Below are positions 50,261-62,873 of a DNA stretch of 64,000 nucleotides, piece by piece. Within the stretch, counting starts at the first letter, position 1. Each line of letters starts with the position of its first letter. Both the position numbers and the translations under genes were made by a program. The notes beneath the pieces are model-generated. The model searched no databases. It was not told where the DNA came from and saw nothing but the letters and a program-made list of their open reading frames with translations. Source of the DNA: Anthoceros angustus (Eukaryota; Plantae; Anthocerotophyta); contig VJWM01000025.1 of NCBI GenBank assembly GCA_010909165.1, positions 2,666,001 to 2,730,000 of the forward strand. Reading direction: 5' to 3'.

Positions 50261-51359
50261 TTGAAACAGCAGCCGAGAATGCTGCTTATGTCTTAGTCCG
50301 TGTGTGAAGACACCGGAGACCTGCTGCGAAAAGTTCCGGGTTCGGTTTGCCACTTTACATGCGGACGTCCTGCCACGTTAAAAAACTTACGGAACAGAGC
50401 TGGAAGCAAGTTCATGCGAATCCGCCCTTACATAAAATTCTTCTTCTTCTTCTTACAGGCATGAAAAGTTACAGGGAATGTGGAGACTCCATAAAAAGAA
50501 CGAGATTGGGAAATCCCATTTACCTTGAGGTGAAGGGATGTCGACAACCCACGACGGGCACCAGGCCAGGGGGCGTGCCCCCGCACTAATTAATGTACTC
50601 TGTAACCCCCAAGGTGTCGCCGTCCATAGGGAAGGGCCTACTTAGTACTTACCACTGGTGCGGGGAAGGGCCTACTTACCACTGGTGCGGCCGATGCCGC
50701 GTCTCCAGCGCTCGTCAGTTCCAGAGGTCTATATGTACTTCGTAAAATGTATGGCCAAGACCGGTTGTGCAAGCGACTTCCTGGCGGCGGTGTCGGCCTT
50801 TCGTGACGACGCATCGGTTTGGTGAGTAGGTACAATCGAAGTTCACATATGTGCAATAGGGGGTTTCAAACTTAGGATGTCGACAACAGTATCCGCCCTA
50901 TTTGAGGTTGCCTACCCCGCATATGAACCTCGCAATACGGGCCAGTCGGTTTCAATCTTAACTCCCGTCTGAAATCGGGGCCGGGTTGTGGCGTATTTGT
51001 TTGTACCATTGTTTCCGCCTTGCTTCCCATTTCATGTCCCGATTCGTTGCTCTTGCCCACACGTCCCTCCTCCCCGCTTCCCTCCTTCCTCGCCTCGCCC
51101 CACTTGAGACCGTTCGCGGTGGTAACCCTTTGCCTATCCGTCACGGCCGGGGTGCATTCTGTAATTTGTCTTGTTGGCTTGTGGCTGTTGTGCTCTTATT
51201 AAGAGATATCGAGCGAGGCAGTGGGTGTAGGGTTTAGGGTGAGTGGTGTCCACTGCACAGGGGATCTTGTAGCATACACATCCGTGAGGCGGCACACCGC
51301 CATCTCTTCCTGCTGCATCTGCTTTGGCTCGAAATGACACAATCTGCCTCTCCACGAAA

Positions 51360-52640
51360 ATGGCGAATTAAGCGTGCAGCCCTCGAGGCGTGTGTATAGC
51401 CGTTGTCACTTCAAGGAAGAAGAAAAGTAACCTTCTGTTGGGAAGAAACCAAATTTGCGAGAGAAGATTATGAGCATATTGTCACTTGGCTAGAGCATCC
51501 GCCCACCACGCATGCTTTGGTGGCGGACAAGTGTTGGTGAGCCACTACGCAATTCGTGAAGGGCTTGATGTCTTTGGCGGATGTGGTAAGCAAAGGCGGG
51601 CGCTTATGTCTTGGTGCGAAAAGCATGAAGGAAAGATTTGCTACTTACAAGGCAAGGTACATGAAGGCGAGAGGCAAGGGACAAGACAGTTTTGGTGTGT
51701 TTGTAGAGGACCGGAAAAATGGTATTTTATCGCATAAATTGGACACCATGTGTGCTGGTTTGAACGCATGGACTCTTTGTTTGGAGCCAAAGCAAATGTG
51801 GAGCCATTATTTGAGCTAGACTGGATCGCAATGCAACAGGAGGCCAACGCAAGCTCCTTTAATTGGAGAATTCCTACCTCGCCATCGCAAGTATTCAAGA
51901 TCCTGACACCTCCCTTGGTTTAACTGAAGGAGACTCACAGTGTCCAAACGACGATGAATCTCAAATTCCTGAAGAATGTGAATCACAACCTCAAGATTAC
52001 GAACTTAGATGAGGACAATGCTTTCCCAAGTGAAGTCCCTAATGGTGGGAGGCTTTCCATATTAGGCATGAGATGAACTTAAATGAGGCGGCTCGCCAAG
52101 TGAAGTCGTTGATGGTGGGAGGCTTTCCATATCGGAAGAAGAAACAACGTTGAGACCGCCGCTTCTCCATTTGTACAGAAGCGTGTGCGAACAACACCTA
52201 CTGATGAGTGCAAGGCACCTCCAAAGCTGGATGCTGGGCCTAGCGTGGGGGCATCCAGAAATGCTTTTGCTGCTGCCTATCGTGATGCTACAATTACGAA
52301 AACTGAATGTAAGTCGTTACTAGCTACCAACAAATACATGCAAGAAGCAATGTTTTGTTTGCCAGAGTGTGCTCTTAACTGGTCTTCGCTATCGCAGGCA
52401 AGCGTCGTACTGATTCAGAGAAAATGGAGCTCTCTAGGGAGGAAAGTCAATCTAAACTACAGTGGGAGAAGGAAAAATGGGAGATGGAGAGGGCAGATCG
52501 GAAAGAGGAGCAAGCATTATTGCGGCAACAACGTAAGGAGGAGACTGATGAGCGTTTGAGGATACAAAACTGTTGCTCATTCAGACGGCCGTGGAAAAGG
52601 GCTACGACAGCGAGCAATTGGAGCATATGCTAAAGTTCAT
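51360..52640 (+). pseudogene. Accessory ORF of the Pangu-like element, frameshifted
   Basis: EDYEHIVTWLEH, SMKERFATYKARY, KLDTMC/RMDSLFGAKANVEP, acidic linker, coiled-coil tail KLQWEKEKWEMERADRKEEQ. Confidence 0.65.
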
Positions 52641-52899
52641 TTGATTGGCAGAAATATAGCTTCCCTTCTAGGTGTTTGAGGACAACAAAACCAAGTAAGG
52701 CTTGCAAACGTTGTGGCAAATGATATCTTCATGCTTCTGGTCGACGAGACAAAGGAAGAACTCCACGTTCGTAATTTGTCTGAAGAGTAATCATCTTGAG
52801 ACTCACAAAACTCTCGTGAATGGTACTAGCCCCAACAACTTCACCAAGACTCTACTTGGTCACCTTCCTCCAAGCATGTCATCCATGTATCACCAAGGC

Positions 52900-53979
52900 G
52901 AGCTAACATGTTATGAAGAACACAACATGCTGCAACCCAGCGGACTACCTCCCGCATATCCCGAGGACATTTTATCTGCTGCCTCATTTCTCAAAGGGAG
53001 GCCCAACAAGATTTCAAAATACCTATGCAGGGCTCATTCCTAACTCTACTTTTGGCAAGGCAAAATTGAATTCGTGATTTTCCAAAGACATTTGAAGGGA
53101 GCCTTGTACGCAGTAGCTGGTAGACAAACCGTAGGCGTAATGCAAGTATGTACTCCCCGAAAAGTGAGTTTGCGGATCCTTGTACGCATCCGGTGGAACA
53201 CAAACGAGTCGACACCGACGACAACCCACATGCGGGTGATTCGTTTGTCAACATCGCAAACCACTTGCATGTTGATGGAATACCTGGCAAAGAGAGGTAG
53301 TGCAAGCTTAGTACTGTGTCTTGGGTTGCAAGCCCTCAAAACACATATTGTAGCATACCTTCTTTACGATCAAAGTACACGCCGCCATCCACACCGGTTT
53401 TTGTGATAGTGGTAATGTGGTGCCGTCTATAAAACCCACATGACTGGAAACCTTCCTCTTGCATGACACGTCCAAGCTTCGACGCCTTCCCAGCAGCCAC
53501 TCTAGCCAACCATCAAATTGAGCAAGTATAGCTTCTATCACTCGGTAAAAACAATTCGCCCAACCCCAAATATGGCTTGCATCTTGCCGACGCTAGCTCC
53601 ATTGCCATTAGCACCCAACCTACATAGGGTCAAAGCCAATGCCGTGCTTGGGAACACTGAGAACCATTGTTGAAAACTGGATGACCCTCAAGGACTGTGA
53701 AGAGTGACACGAAGCCCCGACGGGAGGTGCGAAATAGTTGCCTAAATTCCTCGTCAGCAATCATGGAGAAAGAATCGAGAAAGAAGTGCACAGGACGATG
53801 TCTAGGCTCTCGAGCAGACAAATAGCGAGAGGCACAAGAAAAAAAGAAAAGGTCAACAGCCTCATCTCCATCAGACGATTCGGAGGATGACGATTCGAAG
53901 GATGAGTCCTCAACAGAGGCGAACGCATTCCACCTGGAAAGGTCGCTCAAAAACTCTTGCCTCTCAGACTTGTAAGGCA
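52900..53979 (-). pseudogene. DDE_Tnp_4-type transposase of the Pangu-like element, frameshifted
   Basis: MPYKSERQ..., EEFRQLFRTSRRGF, RLGANGNGASVG, VGFIDGTTLPLSQKP, YSINMQVVCDVDKRIT, ENHEFN/AKSRVRNEPCIGILK. Confidence 0.88.
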
Positions 53980-54262
53980 TGGTTGTTCTCCTTTGTTCCG
54001 CAGCGACCACAACCCAGACTTGGGTTTCTGGTTGAAGCGTGCGTGCAAGCTGTCCCAGCAAACGGGATTGCAGTTGCCCGTCTCGGCAATGCCAGCTGAT
54101 ATCGTGAGCCGTCCAGGGATGATATACAAATCCAGCAGGTGCGACCCTGCTGGATATGATTTCTCGATATCAGCTCGCATTTCCTTACGAATACTCGTCG
54201 GATACATCTGGGTTCGTATTTCCATATCAGCTCCATTTTGCACAAGTTTGAAACCCCCTAAT

Positions 54263-55706
54263 CTCTGCTTATTGGTGCAAAGGAGCAGCAGTAAGGTTGT
54301 CACCCGGGCATGCAGGTGTGCTAACTCACATACATCCTGAGCCATGTTACGACATCTCCTTGCCACATGCTCCCTGGCAGACAAAATTTCATCAAAATAG
54401 GAGGCACTGGCAGCAGTCATGGCACAGGTGCGAGTCTGCGGCTGGCTTCCCAGCCCGGGCATGGTCTGTTCCAGAAACTCCCTCTGTAGAGGCGTGGCTT
54501 GGCACAGGAGCTTGGCGAGGCAAACGGGCTCGGCGAGGGGAGGGACGGAGGGCTGATAACTCAGCAACAGAGAGTACTCGGCGAGCCAATGCAGCATATA
54601 GTTATACACGCTGTACATACTCAGGTCATGTTACAGGAAATCGTCGTGCCCTTGCCGCCATAGCCATCATCGCAAGGGGAGCTTCATTCCCCGTCTCCAC
54701 CAGGTTCTTGATGCTGTTGCAGAGTTTTCCACGCTCCACCGGGAAGTATTCCCGGGCCGACATCAAGCCCCGCGTCAAGAACTCGACTGGATGGCCAGCA
54801 GCGGGGACCCGCACGCTATGGCGTGCTTGGAACTCACGGCCACGCGTGGCCCCGCAGAAAAGCATGAATCGTTGCTCGCACTGCCGCGCCACGCTCGAGC
54901 TCTTGAACCCCGTGACGAACTCATGACCCCAGTCTTGGACGTAGACGTGCGCGGGATTGCTAGACTGATTGCAAAGAAGGAGCTCTTCCCTGACGGGAGC
55001 GACATGCGGGTTCCCCCGCCAGTAGGCGAACGGGTCCCGGTCCTCCTACGGCGTCTCGCCCTCGCCCTGGAAGATGGCGTCTCGCTCCTGCGTCCAGGGT
55101 TTGAGACGCGTCTCGGGCCAGCCCCAGAAGGACCAGTCGGGAAAGGGGGATGTCGAGGCGTTCGTCCGAGCTGCAGTAGCGGAAGAGCGCGGGCATGCCG
55201 TGCCCCGGATCCGCCTTGCTGAAGTGCGGCTGATCCATGCAGTCGAACATGAGATCGAGGTCGGGGACCTGGCCGGGGAATCGATCCAGCAGCAGGAGGA
55301 GAGACCAAATGGTGAAGAGCCCGGGGCTCTGCACGCAGCGGTAGTAGTGCTCCACGTACAAGCGGCTATGGAGGATCACAACGCGGAAGGCAGCGAATTT
55401 TTTTGCGGCCGCGTCCTGGCGCCGGCACTGGGCTGAGCACCACAGCAGCTGCGCGTTTCTCCGCAGCTTCCCGATCCCCCAAAGTTACGTGCTCCGGGAA
55501 GGATGCTGGGGCGTGGGGAGGGGGTTGTCCCCGGCCGCTGTGGCCGCCAGCCATGGCACTCGACCTTTGATCAGCTGCAATCCGAGCACCAGCGCGAGCA
55601 GGAGGAGGCACAGGGTGAGCAGGAGGCTGCACCGCTTGCACTGCTGCGAGAGGAGAGCGTTCCAGCGGTGGTAGAGAGCGCGCGAGGGGGTGCCCCGTGG
55701 CCTCAT
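54263..55706 (-). pseudogene. Glycosyltransferase family 90 (CAP10/DUF821, rumi-like) pseudogene
   Basis: N-terminal TM segment; FRVVIL..RLYVE.Y..CVQS, PGQVPDLDLMFDCMDQP, LFRYCS, FPDWSFWGWPE, AYWRGNP, MYSVYNYMLHWLAEYS. Several frameshifts, stops and a probable internal deletion. Confidence 0.85.
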
Positions 55707-55926
55707 GGTGCGGGCGCGGGAATTCTCTGAGGCACGCACCGAGTGGCGGACCTGCCTAGGGATCAGATCCCGCCTGCTGCAGGATTTGTCAGGGCAGGCC
55801 ATGACGCCATGGGATTAGTTAGTGACGCGCATAGCAGCGATGATGGTGGGTTAAAATAGGGGTGAGGGGACTCGGAATCCTTTATGTAGACCTACTTTAG
55901 CAGTGAGTACAATATTTTTTCAACTA

Positions 55927-56000
55927 GTCTGGGTGGTGTAGTTGGTCATCACGCTAGTCTCACACACTAGAGGTCCCCGGTTCGAACCCGGGCTCAGACA
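55927..56000 (+). tRNA. tRNA-Val (anticodon CAC)
   Basis: GTCTGGG/CTCAGAC acceptor stem, anticodon arm CTAGT-CTCACAC-ACTAG, GGTTCGAACC T-arm, upstream CAA, TTTTT Pol III terminator directly after. Confidence 0.97.
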
Positions 56001-57581
56001 TTTTTAAACAGAGATATTCTAGATAGTGAACCAAAGTGGATAGTGATTTTTCAACTTCAAGACGACTAACAGATACAGAAAGGGATACAAGCCAGTAGTT
56101 GAATAAGACCTGGAGCGAAAAAAGGGATACAAGACAGTAGTTGAATAATACCTGGAGCAAGGAAAGGAGGAGAGCGAGGAACGGAGGAGGAATCAAAGAC
56201 GAGGAGCACGTCGCCCCGCGCTGAGAATGTTACTACCACGGCTGGTGGAGGGCAGGATCGCTGTGCTTGGTGACGGAAGGGTCTCCGTGCGTACCTCGCT
56301 TAGGTGACGGGCTTGATTTAGGCTGGAGTGTGGGGAGGCAAGAAATTAGGGTTGTAGTTGAGGATGGTGTGCATGGATGCCCGCCCAGCCTGGATGCATT
56401 TGAGGACATAGGAGAGGTAGTTATCAGCGTCAGCGGGTGGTGCTATTTCTGGTGGAGAAGAACTTGTTCGAGAGGGTTTTCAGGGATGCTGATGGAAGCC
56501 GAGCTGCCCCTACCCTGCTGAGGCGATGGGTCTGCAGACTTCACAAGAACAATCACGCTGTCGACTACCGTGTGCCAGTTGGTTCGGAGCGCAGGTTTGA
56601 ACACTTTTGCGACACATTCCGCACCGGTTTCAGCGTGTGAAGGACAGTGGTGGAACACCCCTGAACACCAAGTTCGATGTGTGAAAGGCGAAGTTTGAGC
56701 GTTTCACGTACCTAAGAAACGCAAGGCGTGTCTGGCTTTAATGTTCCAATCACGGTTGAGCCCTTGGTGAATCGTTGGCGGGAGTTTAAAATTTTCCCCC
56801 CATCCCGCTAACGAAATCAGTCACGACTCCCACGGCGATGAAAGCCATTAGCATTTCCTTCTCATCCAGTCCACATTGCCAGCTAAGGACATAGGCTTCA
56901 AAAATGTCAGGCTTCAGGGGGGGCGATTCACAGTCTTCTCGCTATGCGCGGGTTCAAGGTGACGGAGACCCGGGTTTGGTTCAAACCAAGTAGACAATGA
57001 AACGCCACGCGTAGCCGGTGATGTATCCGGCAAAGAGGAGCGTATGGGGAGGGGAAAGAGGGGGAGGGCCATGCTCACCATGCCATGCTGGTGGCGGGGC
57101 CCGCGTCCGGCCAGCTGATCTCTTACCTTCAGCCGGAGGCTGGAGCAAGGGATGGAGATGGAGAGAGAGTCCAAATGGCCCCGGCCAAATGACACACATT
57201 CATAAGAACGCCATTATTAAGCATCTTGCGCTTCGATTGATACTTAGATGGGGTGCTTAAAAGGGAGTGGATGCCCTGAGTCCAAGTAGCGTAGTTGTTA
57301 AGTACCAAGTCCATGATTTGAAAATTCTTTCCAAGTGGACTAAAAAATATTCGTCTATTTTTCTACTAAAATTAAATAAGAATAAAAAATAATAATAAAA
57401 AAGGTTTTTATTGAGGTAAAAAACTGATGGGAAAAGCCCATCCAGAATGTAGGTACTAGACAATGTAGGTACTAGACAATACTCGGTAGACTAGTCGCAC
57501 ATTGCATTTACATATTTATGACCAATGAGGAGAGTCCTGGAACGGGTTGCACCAATCAGGCGCTCCGGCCCTTTGAGGAAA

Positions 57582-57603
57582 CCAATGAGCAGCGCCCACG
57601 TCA
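57582..57603 (+). promoter_or_regulatory. ER stress response element (CCAAT-N9-CCACG) overlapping a UPRE (CCACGTCA) in the calnexin promoter
   Basis: CCAAT gagcagcgc CCACG TCA. Two more CCAAT boxes at ~57522 and ~57552. Confidence 0.85.
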
Positions 57604-57905
57604 CCATTGTATACGTGGGGAAGGCCGGGTGCGAATGGGGACATAATAAGAAGCCCCCAGAACGGGACCGGCGACAGACACCCTAATTAGTTAGTCAACC
57701 CAAGGCAAGTTTTTGGGGCCCTTTCTCGCCACAGCTGCTTGTGCTGAGAAGCAGTGTCTAGGGTCGGTAGTGGGTTGAGTCAGGCGCAGCAGCGAGCAGC
57801 AGCATCAGCGGCACAGCGATCAGCTGCGCAGCGGAGCTTTGATGCGGATTTTGAGGCTTGGCAATTGCCGCTGGTAATTTCTTTCTGCACATCAAGAAAG
57901 GAGCG

Positions 57906-60227
57906 ATGGAGCGGCGGCTGCTTGTGCAGCTGGTGCTGGCGGCTTTGCTGCTGTGTTCTGCGGCTGTGCGTGCCTCTGAGGTGAGTGATGCAGCTCACAT
58001 CTCATTCTTGTGAGCTTCCCTCCCTCTGCCTGCTTCTTTCGATGTCGGATTGGTGTTTCTTGACGGATTAGGTCATCCGCACCTCCGCGACGAGGTAGAT
58101 CCTTGCTTGCCGGTTCTTCTGCGCTGCGGCTCTCCGCTGTGTCTCCCCCCCGCAAGCGTGTGCTGAGGCTTGCTTGCTTGATGCAGGTTTTCTACGACTC
58201 CTTCGACGAGACGTGGGAGGGCCGGTGGATCGCTTCCGAGAGAGCTGATTATCAGGGTATGTTGATGGCCTGGTTGCGCCTTGCTCGTGAGGAGCTGGAT
58301 CCGGTTGATTGTCTCGTGATGCCTTTGTGCAAGATCTGCGGCAGCTGTGGATGCGGTAGGGTTAAAGAAGGGTGTTTGAGGAGTTAAGGTTTGTTGTGGC
58401 AGGGACGTGGAAGCACGAGGTTAGTAAAGGGCATACCGACCACGGGCTTTTGGCCAGTGAGAAGGCGCGGAAGTATGGTATAGCTGTAGATCTGCCTGAG
58501 AAGGTGGAGTTGGGAGACGGCACCGTGGTTTTGCAGTACGATCTGAGACTGCAGAGCGGTTTGGAGTGTGGTGGGGCCTACTTGAAGTTCTTGGTTCCGC
58601 AAGAAGCCGGCTGGACCCCTAGCCAGTTCGACAATGAGTCCCCCTACTCCATCATGTTCGGGCCCGACAAGTGCGGGGCGACCAACAAGGTCCATTTCAT
58701 CTTCAAGCACAAGAATCCGAAGACGGGAGCCCTTGTGGAGCATCACCTGAAGAGCCCTCCGACTCCGGTCAATGACAAGCTCTCTCATGTCTACACAGCT
58801 GTGCTCCATCCCAACAACTCGGTGAGCATTCTTGTAGATGGAGAGGTGAAGAAGACCGCCGATCTGTTGTCCAACGATTTTGAGCCCACGGTGATTCCTC
58901 CGACCACCATTCCTGATTCTGAAGACAAGAAGCCGGAGGATTGGGACGAGAGGGCTAAAATCCCTGATCCTGAGGCGACGAAGCCTGATGACTGGGATGA
59001 GACAGCTCCTCGGGAAATTGAGGATGCTGAGGCTGTTAAGCCCGAAGGTTGGCTGGATGATGAGCCTGACGAAGTTGACGACCCGGAAGCAGAGAAGCCT
59101 GAGGACTGGGATGATGAGGAGGACGGCGAATGGGAGGCACCGAAGATCCCCAACCCCAAGTGTGACGAGGCCCCTGGTTGCGGTGAATGGAAGCGGCCCA
59201 CGAAGAAGAATCCGGCATACAAGGGGAAATGGAGCGCAGCTTTGATCGATAACCCAGCGTACAAGGGAATATGGGCGCCCAGGCAGATTCCCAACCCAGA
59301 CTACTTTAAGCTGGAGAAACCCGAGTTGTTACCCATTGGAGCTATCGGCATCGAGATCTGGACCATGCAAGACGGAATCCTGTTTGACAACGTCCTTGTT
59401 GCCCGTGATGAGGAGACAGCGAAGAAGTACAGAGACGAAAAGTGGAAGCCAAAGTTCGACGTTGAGAAGGAGTCGCAAGATGAGGACGATGAGGACGAAG
59501 AGGGTGAGAAGAAGTCCGCACTGGATGTTGATGCCATCAAGGTACCTAATCGCAGAACCCCTACCTCTCTTCTAGGCTTTTTTCAGTCTCGCCTCTGGAT
59601 GTCTGCCATAACTGGGTTATATGCTGTTGCAGGAAAAGTTGTTCCAACAACTGCACAAGGTGGCTGAGGTCCCAGCCTTGGCTCCATACAAGCACCATCT
59701 GAAGGTATGCCCAGAGTTTTGTTGACATGTGTAATGTTTCTTTGGTAGCATGGATCCGAGGGAGGTGTGGTTTGGCCATGTGAGAGGCCGGTCCCCCGGC
59801 CTTCATTGTCAAGCAAAAACGCTAAGATGCTGCTCCTCGTAACATGTTCAGGACCTTATTAAGAAGGGTGAGGAGAATTCAACCTTGACCCTCGTTATTT
59901 TTGGATCAATTCCAGTCATCCTCTTCCTGGTAGTATTGAGGACCTTGTTCGGTGGAAAGAAGCCTTCTTCGGTAAGTCACGAGCCCCCTGCATTTGTCCA
60001 CTTTGCGGTTTGATGTGTAGGGTGTACCCTCACGGTATGGCACGTGGTGTCTGCAGGGTGTTGCCAAGTCAAAGAAAGAGGACATCACGTCACCAGATGA
60101 TGTGACTGACAAGGCCAAAGACGAGTCGGCGGAAGGAACCGTCGAGAAGGAGGCGTCTGGTGAAATAGAAAAGGAAAACGAGGAGGTTGCGGGGGCGCGA
60201 CAGAGGCGACCCCGGAGAGAGACATGA
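57906..60227 (+). CDS. CNX1: Calnexin, multi-exon
   Basis: Signal peptide exon; [19 protein letters not shown]-domain repeats [27 protein letters not shown]; TM exon; C-terminal RQRRPRRET*. Confidence 0.97.
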
Positions 60228-60639
60228 TTTGCATGCTTAACTGTAGGGATCTTGAAAGGGCGGCGTGTTCCCCAGCCCTGCCCTCCAAGTTTTGTCATTA
60301 GAGTTGTGGAGTGGAAAGATTTTAGTGCTGCAGGTGAAATCGAGCAGACTAGGTTATTACAGTAGGTAGGTCTTTATAGGACTTCCTGCAGCTCGTGTCT
60401 TGGGTATTCCCAACGTTAGTTTGTTGGGCCGCCCGTCAACTGTGGGATACGCTGCCCTGCAGGCTTGCTTTGTCTCCATTTTAATACTATATTTCCCTGC
60501 TACTAGGTTTTTTGACAAGTTGCACGATGCTGAAAAGATGAATTCCAAAGCCGATGCACGGTTAACATTTATGATCCGAAGCCGGTATGCTATGCCGACA
60601 TGGGAAGTGTCTCACGCACCCGGCATGCTATGCTGATAT

Positions 60640-62420
60640 GGGAGATTCCTGGTGGGTGTCAGAATTCAGGGAGACTCAGATTCCGTTTCTAGAGCCGGCA
60701 AATCGTCCAGCCTCCGAGACAGCATCACCAGCGGGCTTCCCCGGCCAGCTTCAGAGCGGGAGATCCTTCCCCGAAGTCTCCAAATGGTGCTACTCCCTGC
60801 CCGTCACCAGGACCTCAACTACCTCATCCGAGCCGGATTTGTGCACGGCAATTTCGACGGCCTCCAGTCCTCCACCATCCACATCCAGGTCATGCCAGAT
60901 GTCTCGTTCCATCTTCAACTTCAGCCGCAGCCATCTTCAAGTTTCGAATCAGATCCGATTCTGATGGGCGGGAATGTCAGATCGCTGAATGGACAGTTGT
61001 GTCGAACAATCTGCTGAATGGAACCCTCCCAACAACGCTGCTCACGTTGCAATCAAACTTCAGGGTTTATTCATATATGTGGATGGTATAATGCTGCAAG
61101 TCCGAGTCATCATATCAGCAAGTTTGATGAGATAACCAGTGCTTCTCAGGTATTCGGGGAATCTGACATGTTGCCAACAAGCAACGTTGTGCGCCCTGTA
61201 ATAATATCTCCGGTTCTGCCACCATATACACCAAACAACAACAAGAGCAAGAGCGGTTCCTCCGTTGGCCCTACAGTAGGTGGCGTCGTTGTTGTGGTGT
61301 GCATTGTTGCTGGAGTAGCCATCTGGTGACCAGTCCAGGACCAGACATGATCGCAGACCGCGTAGTACTGCTTTACAGGAGACTATCAGCACATGGTACT
61401 TGTCCACCTAAGAACAACAATGCTCGATTGTCATTGAAGAGAACACTTTGTCAGGTTTCCACTGACACGAAGATGGGGGGTTATGGACTGCATGTGCAGA
61501 TGGTGAACCAGGCTAGGTTCTGCTCAGCCTCACGGCAAGGAAGCAGCTGTGCTGACTTAAGACGCTGTCGGAACTGCCACAAGAAACTACGCTCAGCTGG
61601 GGGGGGAAGGGTGAAAATCTATTCCACGGCCAGTTCCACAACCAAGTGGTGGCCGTCAAGTCTGGTGAGCAGTCTTCTTCCCAGTTCTTGATCCGCCAGG
61701 TAAAACACCTTGTGCTCGTCCTACTGCCCAGTGTCCTCGACCTAGGCCGGACTGTCTCTGAAGCTGGTGTGTGCATCAGGTTGAACTCCTCTCCACAATC
61801 CACCACAGGAACCTGGTTTCTCTGGTTGACTACTGCAACGGTCTGTTGGAGTATGTCCGTGTTCACAGTTCTCTCAGTGAGAAGGACACAGCATGAGGTC
61901 CACTGACACACGATTGTGTATTGAATGGTTGTCTAGGTGACGCTGCGTCACCTCCTCCGAACTGGCAACAACGATGCACTTCTCACCGTCAAGAGTGACA
62001 TCGACAGCTTCGGGGTGGTGCTCATGGAGATCATCCGTGGGCAGCCAATATTCGCAGCGGAAGGATCAGCCCAAGCTCGCTACATTGTGCGGCGGGTGAG
62101 AAACAGGCCATTCCCCTCAACTTTCCACTAAATGGAATCTGGAGCCAGTAATTTTGCGACTGCGTGTGTGGCAGGTACACAATGCCATCAAAACAGGGAG
62201 AGTGCGTACACAGTGGTGGTCCCAGCTCTTGGAGAAGATTACTCCAAGGAGTCACTGTGGCGGGTAGCACAGATTGCCATGGTGTGCACAAATCCCAATG
62301 GCACCGCTAGGCCTGGCATAGCCGGCCGGCTGGGTGGTGAATGAGCTGTCCAAGGCTCTTCAGGAAGACATTGCATCCCGCCACGCCCTTCTAATCAATC
62401 ACCAGATAGGATATGGCATC
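60640..62420 (+). pseudogene. Collapsed malectin-like receptor kinase pseudogene
   Basis: 60650-60890 resembles 63170-63400 (SKWCYSLPVT, YLIRAGFVHGNFDGLQS). Then a TM segment VGGVVVVVCIVAGVAIW* and kinase remnants (VAVKS, SDIDSFGVVLMEII, YSKESLWRVAQIA...RP) with large deletions. Confidence 0.8.
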
Positions 62421-62873
62421 TAAGGTTACCTCAACCAAACCGTCCAGGGTGAACTTTCCGTCGTCGTCGTCGACACACAAGTATCCATAGCCTGTCCAGT
62501 GAGCATCCGGGATGCACACTGGACATTATCCGAGATATGTGCGTGTCAGGAAGGGTATTTCTTCCCGTATTTGGATAATAAATTTATATATATATATATT
62601 TATGGATATGGACATGGACATGGACATGAGCTATGGCATGGATGTGGTGACGACCATGGACACCGAAACCTCCGCGTCCCTGCACAATGTGACTGATTCC
62701 ACGAAGCGTGAAGAGGGTGGCCCCACCAGAGACAAATTGGTTACAATTAATAATAATAAAATTCCGACGCACGTGGTGGGTTGAAAGTTGTCACGCATGT
62801 ACATAGCAAGTTGACCTTTGGGATCGTGCAGTGCGTCTGTGAGCGAGAGGAGAAGGCCTAGGCGGCGAGATCG

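Larger units (their letters stand above)
44852..50427. mobile_element. PIF/Harbinger DNA transposon, defective, with both termini
   Basis: Perfect 15-bp TIR GGGCGGATTCGCATG (44852-44866 and 50413-50427), TTA TSD on both sides, convergent Myb/SANT and DDE transposase genes. Confidence 0.95.
50858..54259. mobile_element. PHIS-superfamily transposon with AAT TSD (Pangu-like), defective, both termini present
   Basis: Perfect 16-bp TIR AGGGGGTTTCAAACTT (50858-50873 and 54244-54259), AAT at 50855-50857 and 54260-54262, two convergent degenerate ORFs. Confidence 0.85.

Noticed and set aside
53947-54618. 223-aa ORF that looks like one gene
   Set aside because: It is a chimera of the GT90 C-terminus reading through the TIR into non-coding transposon sequence.
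56250-56760. Coding-like sequence downstream of tRNA-Val
   Set aside because: Only short broken frames with no recognisable family.
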